Of a DNA stretch of 64,000 nt, positions 18,973 through 28,373 are shown in pieces. A program made the position numbers and the translations under genes. The notes under the pieces are model-generated. The model did not search any database, was not told the DNA's origin, and saw only the letters and a list, made by a program, of their open reading frames with translations. Each line of letters starts with the position of its first letter. Within the stretch, counting starts at the first letter, position 1. This DNA is from Acidocella sp. (GTDB lineage: Bacteria; Pseudomonadota; Alphaproteobacteria; Acetobacterales; Acetobacteraceae): assembly GCF_036489515.1 (NCBI RefSeq), contig NZ_DASXFO010000067.1, positions 4,251 through 68,250 on the forward strand, given 5' to 3'.

Positions 18973-20496
18973 CTATCGCTCCGGTCCTACTGAATATTGC
19001 TTTATCGTCGCGTCGGTTTGCGCAGAGACTTCGGAGAGTGTGACTTCATATCCCCAAAGATTGGCGAGATGGCGGAGGACATCTTTTATGTCCCGTTCGT
19101 CGATAAGGCGCCCATTGTAAATTCTATGTTGCAGGATCAGTTTGCGATCCCCGTTCAAGTCGACATCGACGATTTCGATCTCAGGTTCGTTTTGAATGAT
19201 GTCGAACTGGTCGGCAAGATTTGTACGAATGGTCCGATAACCATGTTCGTTATGAATGGCCTTTACCAAAAGGTCCGATTTCCCGTCATCGTAAAGGTCG
19301 AAAAATTTCATTTTTCGGATGAGGTGAGGGCTCAGATATTGTCGTATGAAACTCTCATCTCGATGGTTCGTCCAGGCGTCCTTTAGAGCCCCGACCCAGT
19401 CTTTGCACCCGGAAAGTTCCGGGTTCCAGGCTTTATCCTCGTCGGTTGGATGTTCGCAGACACGTTTAATGTCCTGCATCAACCCGAAGCCAAAGGCATA
19501 AGGATTAATGCCATAGTATCCGGGATGGTCATAGTCCGGCTGAAATACCGCGGCGGTATGACTTTGGAGAAACTCCAACATGGCGCCCTCGGTCAAAAAG
19601 CCACGCTGGTGCAATCTGTTCATGATGTAATAATGAACGAATGTCGCGCATCCTTCGTTCATCATCTTGGTTTGCTTCTGGGGATAAAAATACTGCGCGA
19701 CATGCCGGACGATCCGCAGGATTTCCCGCTCCCAAGGCTTGAGGAGGGGGGATTTTTTTTCTAGAAAATACAGGATATTTTCTTCGGGAAGCCCAAGCAA
19801 ATTTCTTCTTTCTGAAACGCTGTGAGGCGCGTTCAGGTTCTTCGGGGAAGAAGGGACGGTGTTCCAGAGTTCATTGTAGGAGCGCTCCTGTTCCTCAAGT
19901 CTTTCTCTGGTCTTGCGTTCCTCATCGCTCAGATTGAATGTCTTGCGCTTTGGGTAGCGACTGACGCCTTGCGCCATAAGAGCATGGGCCGCATCGAGGA
20001 TCCGCTCTACTTCGGCTTCCCCATAACGAGCTTCACAGGTCGAAATATAGCCTTTGGCGAATTCAAGGTATGAAAGAATGCCGTTTGCATCCGTCCATTG
20101 CCGAAACAGATTGTTGTTCTTGAAAAAATAATTGTGGCCGAATGCGGCGTGAGCGATCACCAAAGTTTGCATCATCATGGAGTTCTCTTCCATGAGATAG
20201 GAGATGCATGGGTTCGAGTTGATGACGATTTCATAGGCAAGGTTACGAAGGCCATGACGATAAAGAAGTTCGTCTTGTGCGAAATTCTTTCCGAATGACC
20301 AATGTTGATACATCAAGGGCATGCCGATCGAAGAGTAAGCATCCAGCATTTGTTCAAAGGTAATGATCTCGATCTGGTTGGGATAAAGATCGAGGGCGAG
20401 ATCGTGCTCAGCGATGATGCTGATTTCGTGGTAAATGCGTTTAAGGCTCTCGAAATCCCAGTCTTTCGCACCCTTGTCTGTCGTTGCGTAATTCAT
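18973..20496 (-). CDS. spoVR: SpoVR/YcgB-family protein
   Basis: Third gene of the prkA-yeaH-spoVR triad. I chose the ATG at 20496 with GAGG upstream; a GTG at 20508 is an alternative start. Confidence 0.85.
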   Translation of the reverse strand: MNYATTDKGAKDWDFESLKRIYHEISIIAEHDLALDLYPNQIEIITFEQMLDAYSSIGMPLMYQHWSFGKNFAQDELLYRHGLRNLAYEIVINSNPCISYLMEENSMMMQTLVIAHAAFGHNYFFKNNNLFRQWTDANGILSYLEFAKGYISTCEARYGEAEVERILDAAHALMAQGVSRYPKRKTFNLSDEERKTRERLEEQERSYNELWNTVPSSPKNLNAPHSVSERRNLLGLPEENILYFLEKKSPLLKPWEREILRIVRHVAQYFYPQKQTKMMNEGCATFVHYYIMNRLHQRGFLTEGAMLEFLQSHTAAVFQPDYDHPGYYGINPYAFGFGLMQDIKRVCEHPTDEDKAWNPELSGCKDWVGALKDAWTNHRDESFIRQYLSPHLIRKMKFFDLYDDGKSDLLVKAIHNEHGYRTIRTNLADQFDIIQNEPEIEIVDVDLNGDRKLILQHRIYNGRLIDERDIKDVLRHLANLWGYEVTLSEVSAQTDATIKQYSVGPER

Positions 20497-20504
20497 GGCA
20501 AGCC

Positions 20505-21788
20505 TCACTTTGCCTTTTTGGTCGGCGCAAAAAGGTCGCGAAAAACAGGAAAAATTTGCGATCGGTCATTGACCTTCCGTGCGGCGATCGGCTCCCCACC
20601 ACGAATGAGGGCTTCATATGTTCGCCAGAGGTCGGTCATCTGGGCCATGCCATCCTGATGACCGACTTCAATATAGGCAAAATACTGACAGGCGGGCAAA
20701 ATCCTGTCGCGGAGAAGCGCTATGACCTTGGCATTGTCGCTGGGAACGTTGTCACCGTCAGAGGCCTGGGCGGCATAAATGTTCCAATTGTCGGCAGGGT
20801 ATCGCTCTCCCACAACACGGAGCATCTCCTCAAATGCCGTCGAGACCACGGTGCCACCGGTCTCGGTGCTGAAAAAGAAGGTCTCTTCGTCGACTTCGCG
20901 CGCCAGATGCGTATGGCGAATGAAGACAAGGTCCACGTCCTTGTAGCGCCGGCGCAAAAAAAGATAGAGCAGCTTGTAGAAGCGCTTGGCCAGATCTTTC
21001 ATATGTTCCGTCATCGAGCCCGAGACATCCATCAAACAGAACATGACGGCGCTGGTGACAGGCTGCGGGACGAGTTCAAACCGGTTATAGCGAACGTCGA
21101 GCGGGTCGATAAAGGGGATGCGTTGGCTTCTCCTCCGCTGCCTCTCGAGTTGTTCAGAAAGTTCCGCGCATTTTTGGACGCGGTCCGGATCGTCCGACTC
21201 TGCAAGGCGGGCGATTTCCGCTTCGAAGGCCGCGAGTGTGGCAGGATGCGGCCGTTTGAGGGCGATGCGACGTGCCAGGCTGTTCCTCATGGTCCGCATG
21301 AGATTCATGTTGGGCAATGAGCCGCTGAGCGCATGCCCGGCGCGAACCGGCGTAAAATTGTCGGACGACTTCATTTGCTTACGCAAGAGGTCGGGGAGCT
21401 CAAGGTCGTCAAAAAAAATGTCGAGAAATTCTTCCTGGCTGAGCACGAACTGAAAACCGTCATCGCCGTCGCCATCGAGCGATGCCTGGCGGCCGCCCAA
21501 GCCGCTTTGCGATGAGGGGCGCTTGATGCGGTCTCCTTCTTCATATTGTTTGTTGCCGGGAAGCACATGGTCCCGTTGGCCCAAAGCGGAGGAATGCCGT
21601 ATTTGCGGTTCTTTTAACCGGCTTGTTCTGACCCAGATCTTTTCATCTCCGCCGAGGTCGGAAATGCCGCGTTCCGCGGTTGCCTTATGAACAGCTTCCG
21701 CCAGTTCTTGTTTGGCGCGCCGGATAAATCGCCGACGGTTCGACAGGCTCTTGCCTTGGGGGTTCAAACGACGGTCGATGATGTTCAT
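20505..21788 (-). CDS. yeaH: YeaH/YhbH-family protein (DUF444, vWA-like)
   Basis: Middle gene of the triad, with the characteristic N-terminus MNIIDRRLNPQGKSLSNRRRF. Confidence 0.85.
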   Translation of the reverse strand: MNIIDRRLNPQGKSLSNRRRFIRRAKQELAEAVHKATAERGISDLGGDEKIWVRTSRLKEPQIRHSSALGQRDHVLPGNKQYEEGDRIKRPSSQSGLGGRQASLDGDGDDGFQFVLSQEEFLDIFFDDLELPDLLRKQMKSSDNFTPVRAGHALSGSLPNMNLMRTMRNSLARRIALKRPHPATLAAFEAEIARLAESDDPDRVQKCAELSEQLERQRRRSQRIPFIDPLDVRYNRFELVPQPVTSAVMFCLMDVSGSMTEHMKDLAKRFYKLLYLFLRRRYKDVDLVFIRHTHLAREVDEETFFFSTETGGTVVSTAFEEMLRVVGERYPADNWNIYAAQASDGDNVPSDNAKVIALLRDRILPACQYFAYIEVGHQDGMAQMTDLWRTYEALIRGGEPIAARKVNDRSQIFPVFRDLFAPTKKAK

Positions 21789-21805
21789 GTTACGTGCTCA
21801 TCTGG

Positions 21806-23752
21806 CTATCCCGCTTGCTTCACGCGCATATACCACTCCACGAGGCGTCGGACCTGTCGCTCGGTGTATCCACGCGTCATCATGCGCTCGAGGAATTCGG
21901 AATGTTTTTTCTCAGTCTCAACTTCTTTTTTGGTGCCGAAACTGATGACGGGCAAAAGGTCTTCGACCTGACTGAACATCCGCCGTTCGATGACCTCGCG
22001 GATTTTTTCGTAGGACGTCCATGAAGGGTTTTTGCCCTCACGTTGCGCCCGCGCGCGGAGGGCGAATTTAACGACCTCGTTGCGGAAATCCTTGGGGTTG
22101 GCAATTCCGGCGGGCTTTTCGATCTTGGTCAATTCCAGGTTCAGTTGCTCGCGATCCATCATTTGTCCGGTATCGGGATCCTTGAAGTCGAGATTCTCGA
22201 TCCAGGCATCGGCGTAATCAAGATAGCGGTCAAACAGATTCTGTCCGTAGTCGTTGTAGGATTCGAGATAGGCTTTCTGGATTTCATTGCCGATAAATTC
22301 GGCATAGCGCGGTGCCAAAACGCCCTTGATGAATTCCAGATATTGTTTCTCGATGTCGTCGCCGAACTGCTCTCGTTTGATGGATTGCTCCAGCACAAAC
22401 ATTAAATGTACAGGATCGGCGCCAACCTCGCGCGTGTCATGGTTGAAGGTCGCGGAAAGGACCTTGAAGGCGAACCGGGTAGAGATGCCTTCCATGCCCT
22501 CGTCGACCCCGGCGGTATCGCGATACTCCTGCATGGTCTTCACATTCGGTTCGGTTTCCCGCAAATTTTCGCCGTTATAGACCCGAAGTTTTGCAAACAG
22601 ATTGGAGTTCGGGTGGGGGCGCAAGCGCGATAGGACGGCGAATCGCGCGAGCATTTCCAGCGTTGCCGTCGCACAGGGCGCGGCTGCCAACTCGCTGTTA
22701 CGGATCAGCTTCTCGTAAATTTTCTGCTCTTCGGTCACACGCAGGCAATAGGGAACCTTGATCACGCAGATCCGGTCGATGAAGGCTTCATTGTTTTTGT
22801 TGTGTTTGAAGCTCTGCCATTCTGCCTCATTCGAGTGGGCCAGGATGATGCCCTGGAAGGGGATGGCACCGATATTTTCGGTGCCGATATAATTGTTTTC
22901 CTGCGTCGCGGTCAGCAAAGGATGAAGGATTTTGATGGGCGCCTTGAACATCTCGACGAATTCGAGGATCCCCTGGGTGGTTCGGTTGAGGCCGCCGGAA
23001 TAGCTGTAGGCATCCGTGTCATTCTGACTGTGCAGTTCGAGCATGCGGATGTCGACTTTTCCGACCAGGCTGGAAATGTCCTGGTTGTTCTCATCGCCGG
23101 GCTCGGTTTTCGCAATTCCGATCTGACGCAACCGCGAGGGGTATAATTTCGTGACGGTGAATTTTGAAATGTCACCGCCGAATTCGTCCAGGCGCTTGAC
23201 CGCCCAGGGCGACATCAGGCCCGGCAGCCGGCGCGGCGGGATGCCGAACTGGGTTTCGAGCTCCGCGCCCATATGGTCGGGATGAAACAGGCCGAGCGGT
23301 GTTTCAAAGATGGGGCTGAGCTGCGTCCCGGCTTTGAGCACATAGATCGGGATCTGCTCCATCAGTTGCTTCAGGCGCTCGGCGATAGAAGATTTTCCTC
23401 CGCCCACCGGGCCAAGAAGGTAGAGAATTTGCTTGCGCTCTTCGAGCCCTTGCGCGGAATAGCGAAAGAAATTGACGATCCGCTCGACCGTGTCTTCCAT
23501 GCCGAAAAAATCGGCAAAGGCGGGATACATTTTGATCGTACGGTTCATGAAAATCCGTCCGAGGCGCGGGTCTTTCGCGGTATCAATCATTTGTGATTCA
23601 CCGATCGCGGCGACCATGCGCTCGGAGGCGGAGGCGTAGGTCATGGGGTCTCGCCGGCACAGATCGAGATATTCGAGGAGCGACATTTCGTTTTGCCGCT
23701 GGGCCTCATATGACTGCATCGAGCGAGAGAAAAGCTGGTCGATCATACCCAT
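21806..23752 (-). CDS. prkA: PrkA-family serine protein kinase (AAA+-like)
   Basis: 648 aa with P-loop LLGPVGGGKSS. First gene of the triad. Confidence 0.9.
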   Translation of the reverse strand: MGMIDQLFSRSMQSYEAQRQNEMSLLEYLDLCRRDPMTYASASERMVAAIGESQMIDTAKDPRLGRIFMNRTIKMYPAFADFFGMEDTVERIVNFFRYSAQGLEERKQILYLLGPVGGGKSSIAERLKQLMEQIPIYVLKAGTQLSPIFETPLGLFHPDHMGAELETQFGIPPRRLPGLMSPWAVKRLDEFGGDISKFTVTKLYPSRLRQIGIAKTEPGDENNQDISSLVGKVDIRMLELHSQNDTDAYSYSGGLNRTTQGILEFVEMFKAPIKILHPLLTATQENNYIGTENIGAIPFQGIILAHSNEAEWQSFKHNKNNEAFIDRICVIKVPYCLRVTEEQKIYEKLIRNSELAAAPCATATLEMLARFAVLSRLRPHPNSNLFAKLRVYNGENLRETEPNVKTMQEYRDTAGVDEGMEGISTRFAFKVLSATFNHDTREVGADPVHLMFVLEQSIKREQFGDDIEKQYLEFIKGVLAPRYAEFIGNEIQKAYLESYNDYGQNLFDRYLDYADAWIENLDFKDPDTGQMMDREQLNLELTKIEKPAGIANPKDFRNEVVKFALRARAQREGKNPSWTSYEKIREVIERRMFSQVEDLLPVISFGTKKEVETEKKHSEFLERMMTRGYTERQVRRLVEWYMRVKQAG

Positions 23753-23836
23753 GCGTGACTCCTGTCTTCAAATTCTGTGCGGCCGCGTCCTCTTTTTCCG
23801 GCGCATTCGGATGTTCCATGTTTCATTGTTGATCTA

Positions 23837-23852
23837 AGCAAGTATAGTGCCT
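23837..23852 (-). promoter_or_regulatory. Sigma-54 (-24/-12) type promoter upstream of prkA
   Basis: The minus strand reads AGGCAC-TATAC-TTGCT, that is GG-N10-GC with a near-consensus TGGCAC-N5-TTGCW. It lies about 85-100 nt upstream of the prkA ATG. Confidence 0.6.
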
Positions 23853-24252
23853 AAATAAGGCTACGTGATACAAGATATGGGTTTTGTTACAATTTCCCTG
23901 AAAAGCCTCAGCTTTTTGATTTTGTATAAATTGTCCCGGTTCTTCTGAGCCTAAAAGTCTAAGCCCGATAGTGGCGGATTCGCCAGAAGAAAAGTCAAAG
24001 AACACAGGAATTTATCGGCATCTGCCTCGGTCCATCTGATTTACGAAGGGAAAAGAAGATTTCAAGGTCGCATTCCTTGCGCTTTCCTTTCGGGCCCATG
24101 AATACGTCTTGGTTTCTTACTTAATTTTCGCAACACGATCGGAGACTTAAGTGGGCGAGTCGCGGCGACAGGCGGGCATTTTTGCGTTTGGGGACGGGCC
24201 TTTAAACTTAACTTGGTTTGTGTTTATTTTTGGTTTCAATTGAAAATAAAAC

Positions 24253-25674
24253 ATGGACAACATTGATCCTCTTGAAGCGCTGGACAGCCGCGCCTTTTCC
24301 CGTGTCGCGGACGCCCAACGCTCCTCAGGAAATCATGTGCGAATTTTACGCGATGGGCCGGAGACTTTCGCGGTCTGGTTGCAAGCGATCGATCGCGCGT
24401 CCGCAACGGTTCATCTGGAAAACTACATCATCCAGGAAGATGAAATCGGCGCGGCTTTTTGCGCAGCGCTCATCAACGCCCGGAAAAGAGGCGTGGCGTG
24501 CAAGCTCATCTATGATTGGCTGGGATGTGTGGCCAGGACCTCGCGGCGGTTTTGGAACCAACTGTCCGATGCGGGGGTGGAGGTGCGCCAATATAACCCA
24601 CCGCGGTTTGCGAACCCTTTGCGTTTGATCAGCCGTGACCACCGGAAGGTTCTGTGCGTCGATGGCACGGTGGCCTTTACGGGTGGGCTTTGCATTGGTC
24701 ATGACTGGGTGGGAAATCCGGCGCGGGGCGTTCCGCCATGGCGGGATACGGCGGTGGAAATCCATGGTCCGGCGGTGGCCGACGTCGAGGCGGCGTTTTG
24801 GGACAGTTGGGAGGCGGTGAGGGGGCTGGGCCCTCCGCCTTCGGGCTGGCAGCCTGAAATTGCCCTCCCGGCCGGCGACAGTGACGTGTCGGTGATCGCC
24901 GGTCGTCCGGAAGCGATGGGGTTGTATCGCCTGGAGCAACTTGTCGCGGAAGTGGTGGAACGGTCGCTCTGGTTAACCGATGGCTACTTCGTGGCGACAA
25001 CCGGGTATGTGCGCGCCCTGGGGGGCGCCGCGCGGGCGGGGGTTGATGTCCGTCTGCTTGTCCCTGGGTCGAGCAATTGGCCGCTGGTCGGGGCGTTGTC
25101 CAAATCGGCTTATCGTCCTTTGCTGCAGGCGGGGGTGCGTGTCTTCGAGTGGAACGGTCCGATGTTGCATGCGAAAACGGCCGTTGCCGATGGCTGCTGG
25201 ACACGGATCGGTTCGAGCAATTCCAATCTGGCGAGCTGGGTTTCCAATCGTGAACTCGACGTGACGATCATGGACCGGGAGCTCGCGGGACAGATGGAAA
25301 AAATTTACCTGGCAGATTTACAAGGCAGCACGGAGATTGTGTTGCGCAAGGGCCGAGGCGAAACAAAAACAGTTCCGGTTTCGCCCGGTCATCAGGTTTC
25401 CCTGGTGAGACCGAAGGCCGGGCGGCTGCTTTCGGGTATGATCGGCCTTGGCAGCACGTTGGTGGCATTGCTGTCCCAGCGGCGGCATGTTCAGCCGACG
25501 GAGGCGCTGGTGATATGGACCGGTGGCGCGGTGCTGGTCTTTCTGGCGCTGATCGCCTTTTTCTTCCCGCACGTGATTGCCTGGACCATTGCCTTAATCG
25601 CCTTGTGGTCGGGCATCGGTCTGTTCATGAAAGCCTGGCGGCTCTGGAGTTCAGCTGGCACGACAGACAAGTAG
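24253..25674 (+). CDS. Phospholipase D / cardiolipin synthase-family protein with C-terminal TM helices
   Basis: Two HxKxxxxD motifs (HRKVLCVD and HAKTAVAD), with a hydrophobic C-terminal region. Confidence 0.8.
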   Translation: MDNIDPLEALDSRAFSRVADAQRSSGNHVRILRDGPETFAVWLQAIDRASATVHLENYIIQEDEIGAAFCAALINARKRGVACKLIYDWLGCVARTSRRFWNQLSDAGVEVRQYNPPRFANPLRLISRDHRKVLCVDGTVAFTGGLCIGHDWVGNPARGVPPWRDTAVEIHGPAVADVEAAFWDSWEAVRGLGPPPSGWQPEIALPAGDSDVSVIAGRPEAMGLYRLEQLVAEVVERSLWLTDGYFVATTGYVRALGGAARAGVDVRLLVPGSSNWPLVGALSKSAYRPLLQAGVRVFEWNGPMLHAKTAVADGCWTRIGSSNSNLASWVSNRELDVTIMDRELAGQMEKIYLADLQGSTEIVLRKGRGETKTVPVSPGHQVSLVRPKAGRLLSGMIGLGSTLVALLSQRRHVQPTEALVIWTGGAVLVFLALIAFFFPHVIAWTIALIALWSGIGLFMKAWRLWSSAGTTDK

Positions 25675-25675
25675 A

Positions 25676-26269
25676 ATGAAAATCATCAGCTGGAATCTGC
25701 GGCATTCGCGCGGGGCCGAGGTCGTTCATATTCAGGAATTGGTTTGCGAGCATCGGCCCGACTTGCTTCTCATGCAGGAAGTAACAGCCGAGATCGACGG
25801 GGTGGCAGACCGGCTTGGCGGCTATTATGCACGGTCGGCCTTACCGGGACGCAAGCACGGACTCGCCGCGTGGAGTCCTCATCCCTTTCATCGGCCCGCC
25901 CAAAATCTGGCTTTGCAACGCGGCGTCCTTGTACGCCGGATCTGTCAACTTCTGGAGTGCGAGGGCTACACCATCGCCAATGTCCATCTGTCGCATGGGC
26001 AAATGCTGAACCGGCTGCAGTTGCGGCGGATCGCCCGGGCACTATCGCCGCGGGCGGCGATCCTGGGGGATTGCAATATGATCGGCGCCCCCTTTCTGCG
26101 TGGCTTCCAGGACGTCGGGGCGCGCCAGCCCACGCATCGTTCGGCGGGCCTGGTCCCCTTGCGCTTGGATCGCTGTTTCGTTCGAGGCTTCCATTGCACC
26201 GGGGCCGCGGTTCTGGCGCCGGGGGCGTCAGACCATCATCCATTGCTGGTGTCGCTGGTGGCTATCTGA
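25676..26269 (+). CDS. Endonuclease/exonuclease/phosphatase (EEP) family protein
   Basis: MKIISWNL... N-terminus and C-terminal SDHHPL motif. It starts 2 nt after the PLD stop. Confidence 0.75.
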   Translation: MKIISWNLRHSRGAEVVHIQELVCEHRPDLLLMQEVTAEIDGVADRLGGYYARSALPGRKHGLAAWSPHPFHRPAQNLALQRGVLVRRICQLLECEGYTIANVHLSHGQMLNRLQLRRIARALSPRAAILGDCNMIGAPFLRGFQDVGARQPTHRSAGLVPLRLDRCFVRGFHCTGAAVLAPGASDHHPLLVSLVAI

Positions 26270-26387
26270 GCGTCAGCCGGCACTGTTGGGGCGATTGCTC
26301 CCGCTCTGCCCCTGCGGTACGAACAAACAGTTCGGCCGCACCGCACAGCAGATTGGCCGCAACCCAGCGATTTTTCGGGAGGGTATA

Positions 26388-27161
26388 ATGGGTCATGAAA
26401 CATTGCTTCTTACCCAAGAGGCGGCGGTCACGGTGGTTCAGCTCAACCGCCCGCAGGCGCTGAATGCGCTGAACAGCCAGGTGCTTCAGGAACTCGGGGA
26501 AGTCTTTTCCGAATACGAGCGCGATCCTAGCAAGCGCTGCCTGATTTTAACCGGCAACGAAAAAGCCTTCGCCGCGGGCGCCGATATCAAGGAGATGCAA
26601 CCGAAGGGCTTCGCCGCCATGTACGGTGAAAATTTCTTTGCCGGCTTCGAGCGCATCACCGCGACCCGGAAGCCGTGGTTTGCGTCGGTTGCCGGATTCG
26701 CCCTGGGCGGCGGGTGCGAACTGGCGATGATGGCGGATTTCATCATCGCGGCCGATACCGCGAAATTCGGCCAGCCCGAGATCAAATTGGGGATTGGGCC
26801 AGGGATGGGGGGCTCGCAACGTCTCACCCGGGCGGTCGGCAAGGCAAAGGCGATGGAGATGTGCCTGACCGGGCGGATGATGGAGGCTGAGGAAGCTGAG
26901 CGGTGCGGCTTGGTCGCCCGGATTGTCCCAGCCAGCCAGTTGCATGAAGAAGCGTTGAAGACGGCGCAAACCATCGCCGGGATGCCGCCGCTTGGGGCGA
27001 TGGCGGTTAAGGAAATGGTGAACGCGGCCTTTGAAACCGGCCTGGCTCAAGGATTGCTGTTTGAGCGGCGTCTGTTCAACGGCCTGTGCGCCACGGCAGA
27101 CAAGGCGGAAGGAATGTCCGCCTTTATGGAAAAGCGCAAGGCGGTGTGGCAGGGGCGTTAG
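26388..27161 (+). CDS. Enoyl-CoA hydratase (crotonase family)
   Basis: FAAGADIKEM and GGGCELAMMAD motifs. ATG at 26388. Confidence 0.85.
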   Translation: MGHETLLLTQEAAVTVVQLNRPQALNALNSQVLQELGEVFSEYERDPSKRCLILTGNEKAFAAGADIKEMQPKGFAAMYGENFFAGFERITATRKPWFASVAGFALGGGCELAMMADFIIAADTAKFGQPEIKLGIGPGMGGSQRLTRAVGKAKAMEMCLTGRMMEAEEAERCGLVARIVPASQLHEEALKTAQTIAGMPPLGAMAVKEMVNAAFETGLAQGLLFERRLFNGLCATADKAEGMSAFMEKRKAVWQGR

Positions 27162-27310
27162 AAAGCGGCCGCTTTTTGAAAAAAGCGGCGCAAAAACTTT
27201 TGGCTATGCTGGGTCATGGGCGTTGTCACCGACCACGTCCATGACCCAGCATGGCAAAGTTTTTTTGCTACTTTTTGTTCACAAAAAGTAGCCTTCCCCT
27301 TCACTTACTT
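27159..27310 (+). repeat. Mosaic repeat, copy 10 (full length)
   Basis: A-B-C architecture. It begins at the hydratase TAG stop, and the B stem is GGGTCATGG/CCATGACCC. Confidence 0.9.
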
Positions 27311-27364
27311 AAGAAATCGATACAAAATCTCTTAAATCATCTGACGACGGGCAGGGAGACCGAC

Positions 27365-28210
27365 ATGCGCTATCTGATGGCAATGGTGTTTATGCTGTGC
27401 CTCGTGGGACAGGCTCATGCCCAGGAACTGGTCCACTTTCCGTCTCTCGATGGGCCACCGGCAACGCAATTGGACGGCTATCTTTGGCGCGCCCCGGGGC
27501 CGGGGCGGTCCCCGGCCATCGTCCTTCTCCATGGCTGCAGCGGCATGTTCACAAAGTCAGGAAAGATCTACTCACGCGATCGCGACTGGGCCATGCGCTT
27601 CACCTCCATGGGCATGAGCGTCCTCGAAGTTGACAGCTTCGGACCACGGCACCACGGCCAGATGTGCTCACCGCGGACGTTCAGTCCGAGCCTCTACGCA
27701 GCACGGGCTTTCGATGCCTATGCGGCACTCCGCTACCTGCAGTCCCAAAACTTTGTCGAACCGGATCGGATCGGTCTGCTCGGTTGGTCTCAAGGCGGCG
27801 GGACCGTCCTGAATACCATAAGGACGTCAAGCCGAGCCCGTCCGACCTCTCTTCCCGACGGTGACTTCCGCGCCGCCGTCGCCTTCTATCCCGCGAGCTG
27901 CCGGAAGCGGGTACAGGGCGCCGTTTGGTCCAGTTCCGTGCCGCTCCTCGTTTTGATCGGCGCGGATGATGTCTGGACGCCGCTTCCCCCCTGTCTCGCT
28001 TTGATGAACTCGCCGGCTCCGAATACCAAAGTGACCATGAAGATCTATCCGGGCGCCTATCACGACTTTGATTGGCCAAACCTACCCGTGCACCAGATCC
28101 CAGCGTTTCGGACCAAGAAGGGCGTCATCCCGATCGAAGGCACAAACAATGCCGCCCGCGCCGATGCGCTCCAGCGCGTGCCGGCTTTCTTCGCGTCCTA
28201 CCTTCGGTAG
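27365..28210 (+). CDS. Secreted dienelactone hydrolase-family alpha/beta hydrolase
   Basis: Signal peptide (...VGQAHA) and nucleophile elbow GWSQGG. Confidence 0.75.
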   Translation: MRYLMAMVFMLCLVGQAHAQELVHFPSLDGPPATQLDGYLWRAPGPGRSPAIVLLHGCSGMFTKSGKIYSRDRDWAMRFTSMGMSVLEVDSFGPRHHGQMCSPRTFSPSLYAARAFDAYAALRYLQSQNFVEPDRIGLLGWSQGGGTVLNTIRTSSRARPTSLPDGDFRAAVAFYPASCRKRVQGAVWSSSVPLLVLIGADDVWTPLPPCLALMNSPAPNTKVTMKIYPGAYHDFDWPNLPVHQIPAFRTKKGVIPIEGTNNAARADALQRVPAFFASYLR

Positions 28211-28211
28211 C

Positions 28212-28262
28212 GGAAGGCTTCTGTAGGCCGTGCTGGTTTCAACGCCACGGGCTCAGTCCGAG
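28212..28262 (-). repeat. Mosaic repeat fragment (right terminus + alternative module B', inverted)
   Basis: The reverse complement CCTCGGACTGAGCCCGTGGCGTTGAAACCAGCACGGCCTACAGAAGCCTTCC aligns with 2807-2855. Confidence 0.6.
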
Positions 28263-28331
28263 GCGGCAGCTTCGATGTTCCCGTCGTCCCGCTGCACCAG
28301 CACGACGAAATGCGCGCCGGCGGACGGTGGA

Positions 28332-28369
28332 GGCAAGCAGCCGCTTTTTTTAAAAAGCGGCTGCTTGCC
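28332..28369. repeat. Module-A-type perfect palindrome between convergent genes (possible bidirectional terminator)
   Basis: GGCAAGCAGCCGCTTTTT-TT-AAAAAGCGGCTGCTTGCC, with 18-bp perfect arms. It lies 5 nt from the coxG-like stop. Confidence 0.7.
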
Positions 28370-28373
28370 TTCT

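Noticed and set aside
27274-27310. An outward-facing promoter in the right end of the repeat. TTCACA in the hairpin C loop and 3' arm could serve as a -35 box, since several genes start 20-110 nt downstream of the copies.
   Set aside because: No consistent -10 element lies 16-18 nt downstream across copies (TCACTT, TTGCTT, TTTCTT). The evidence is too weak without transcription-start data.
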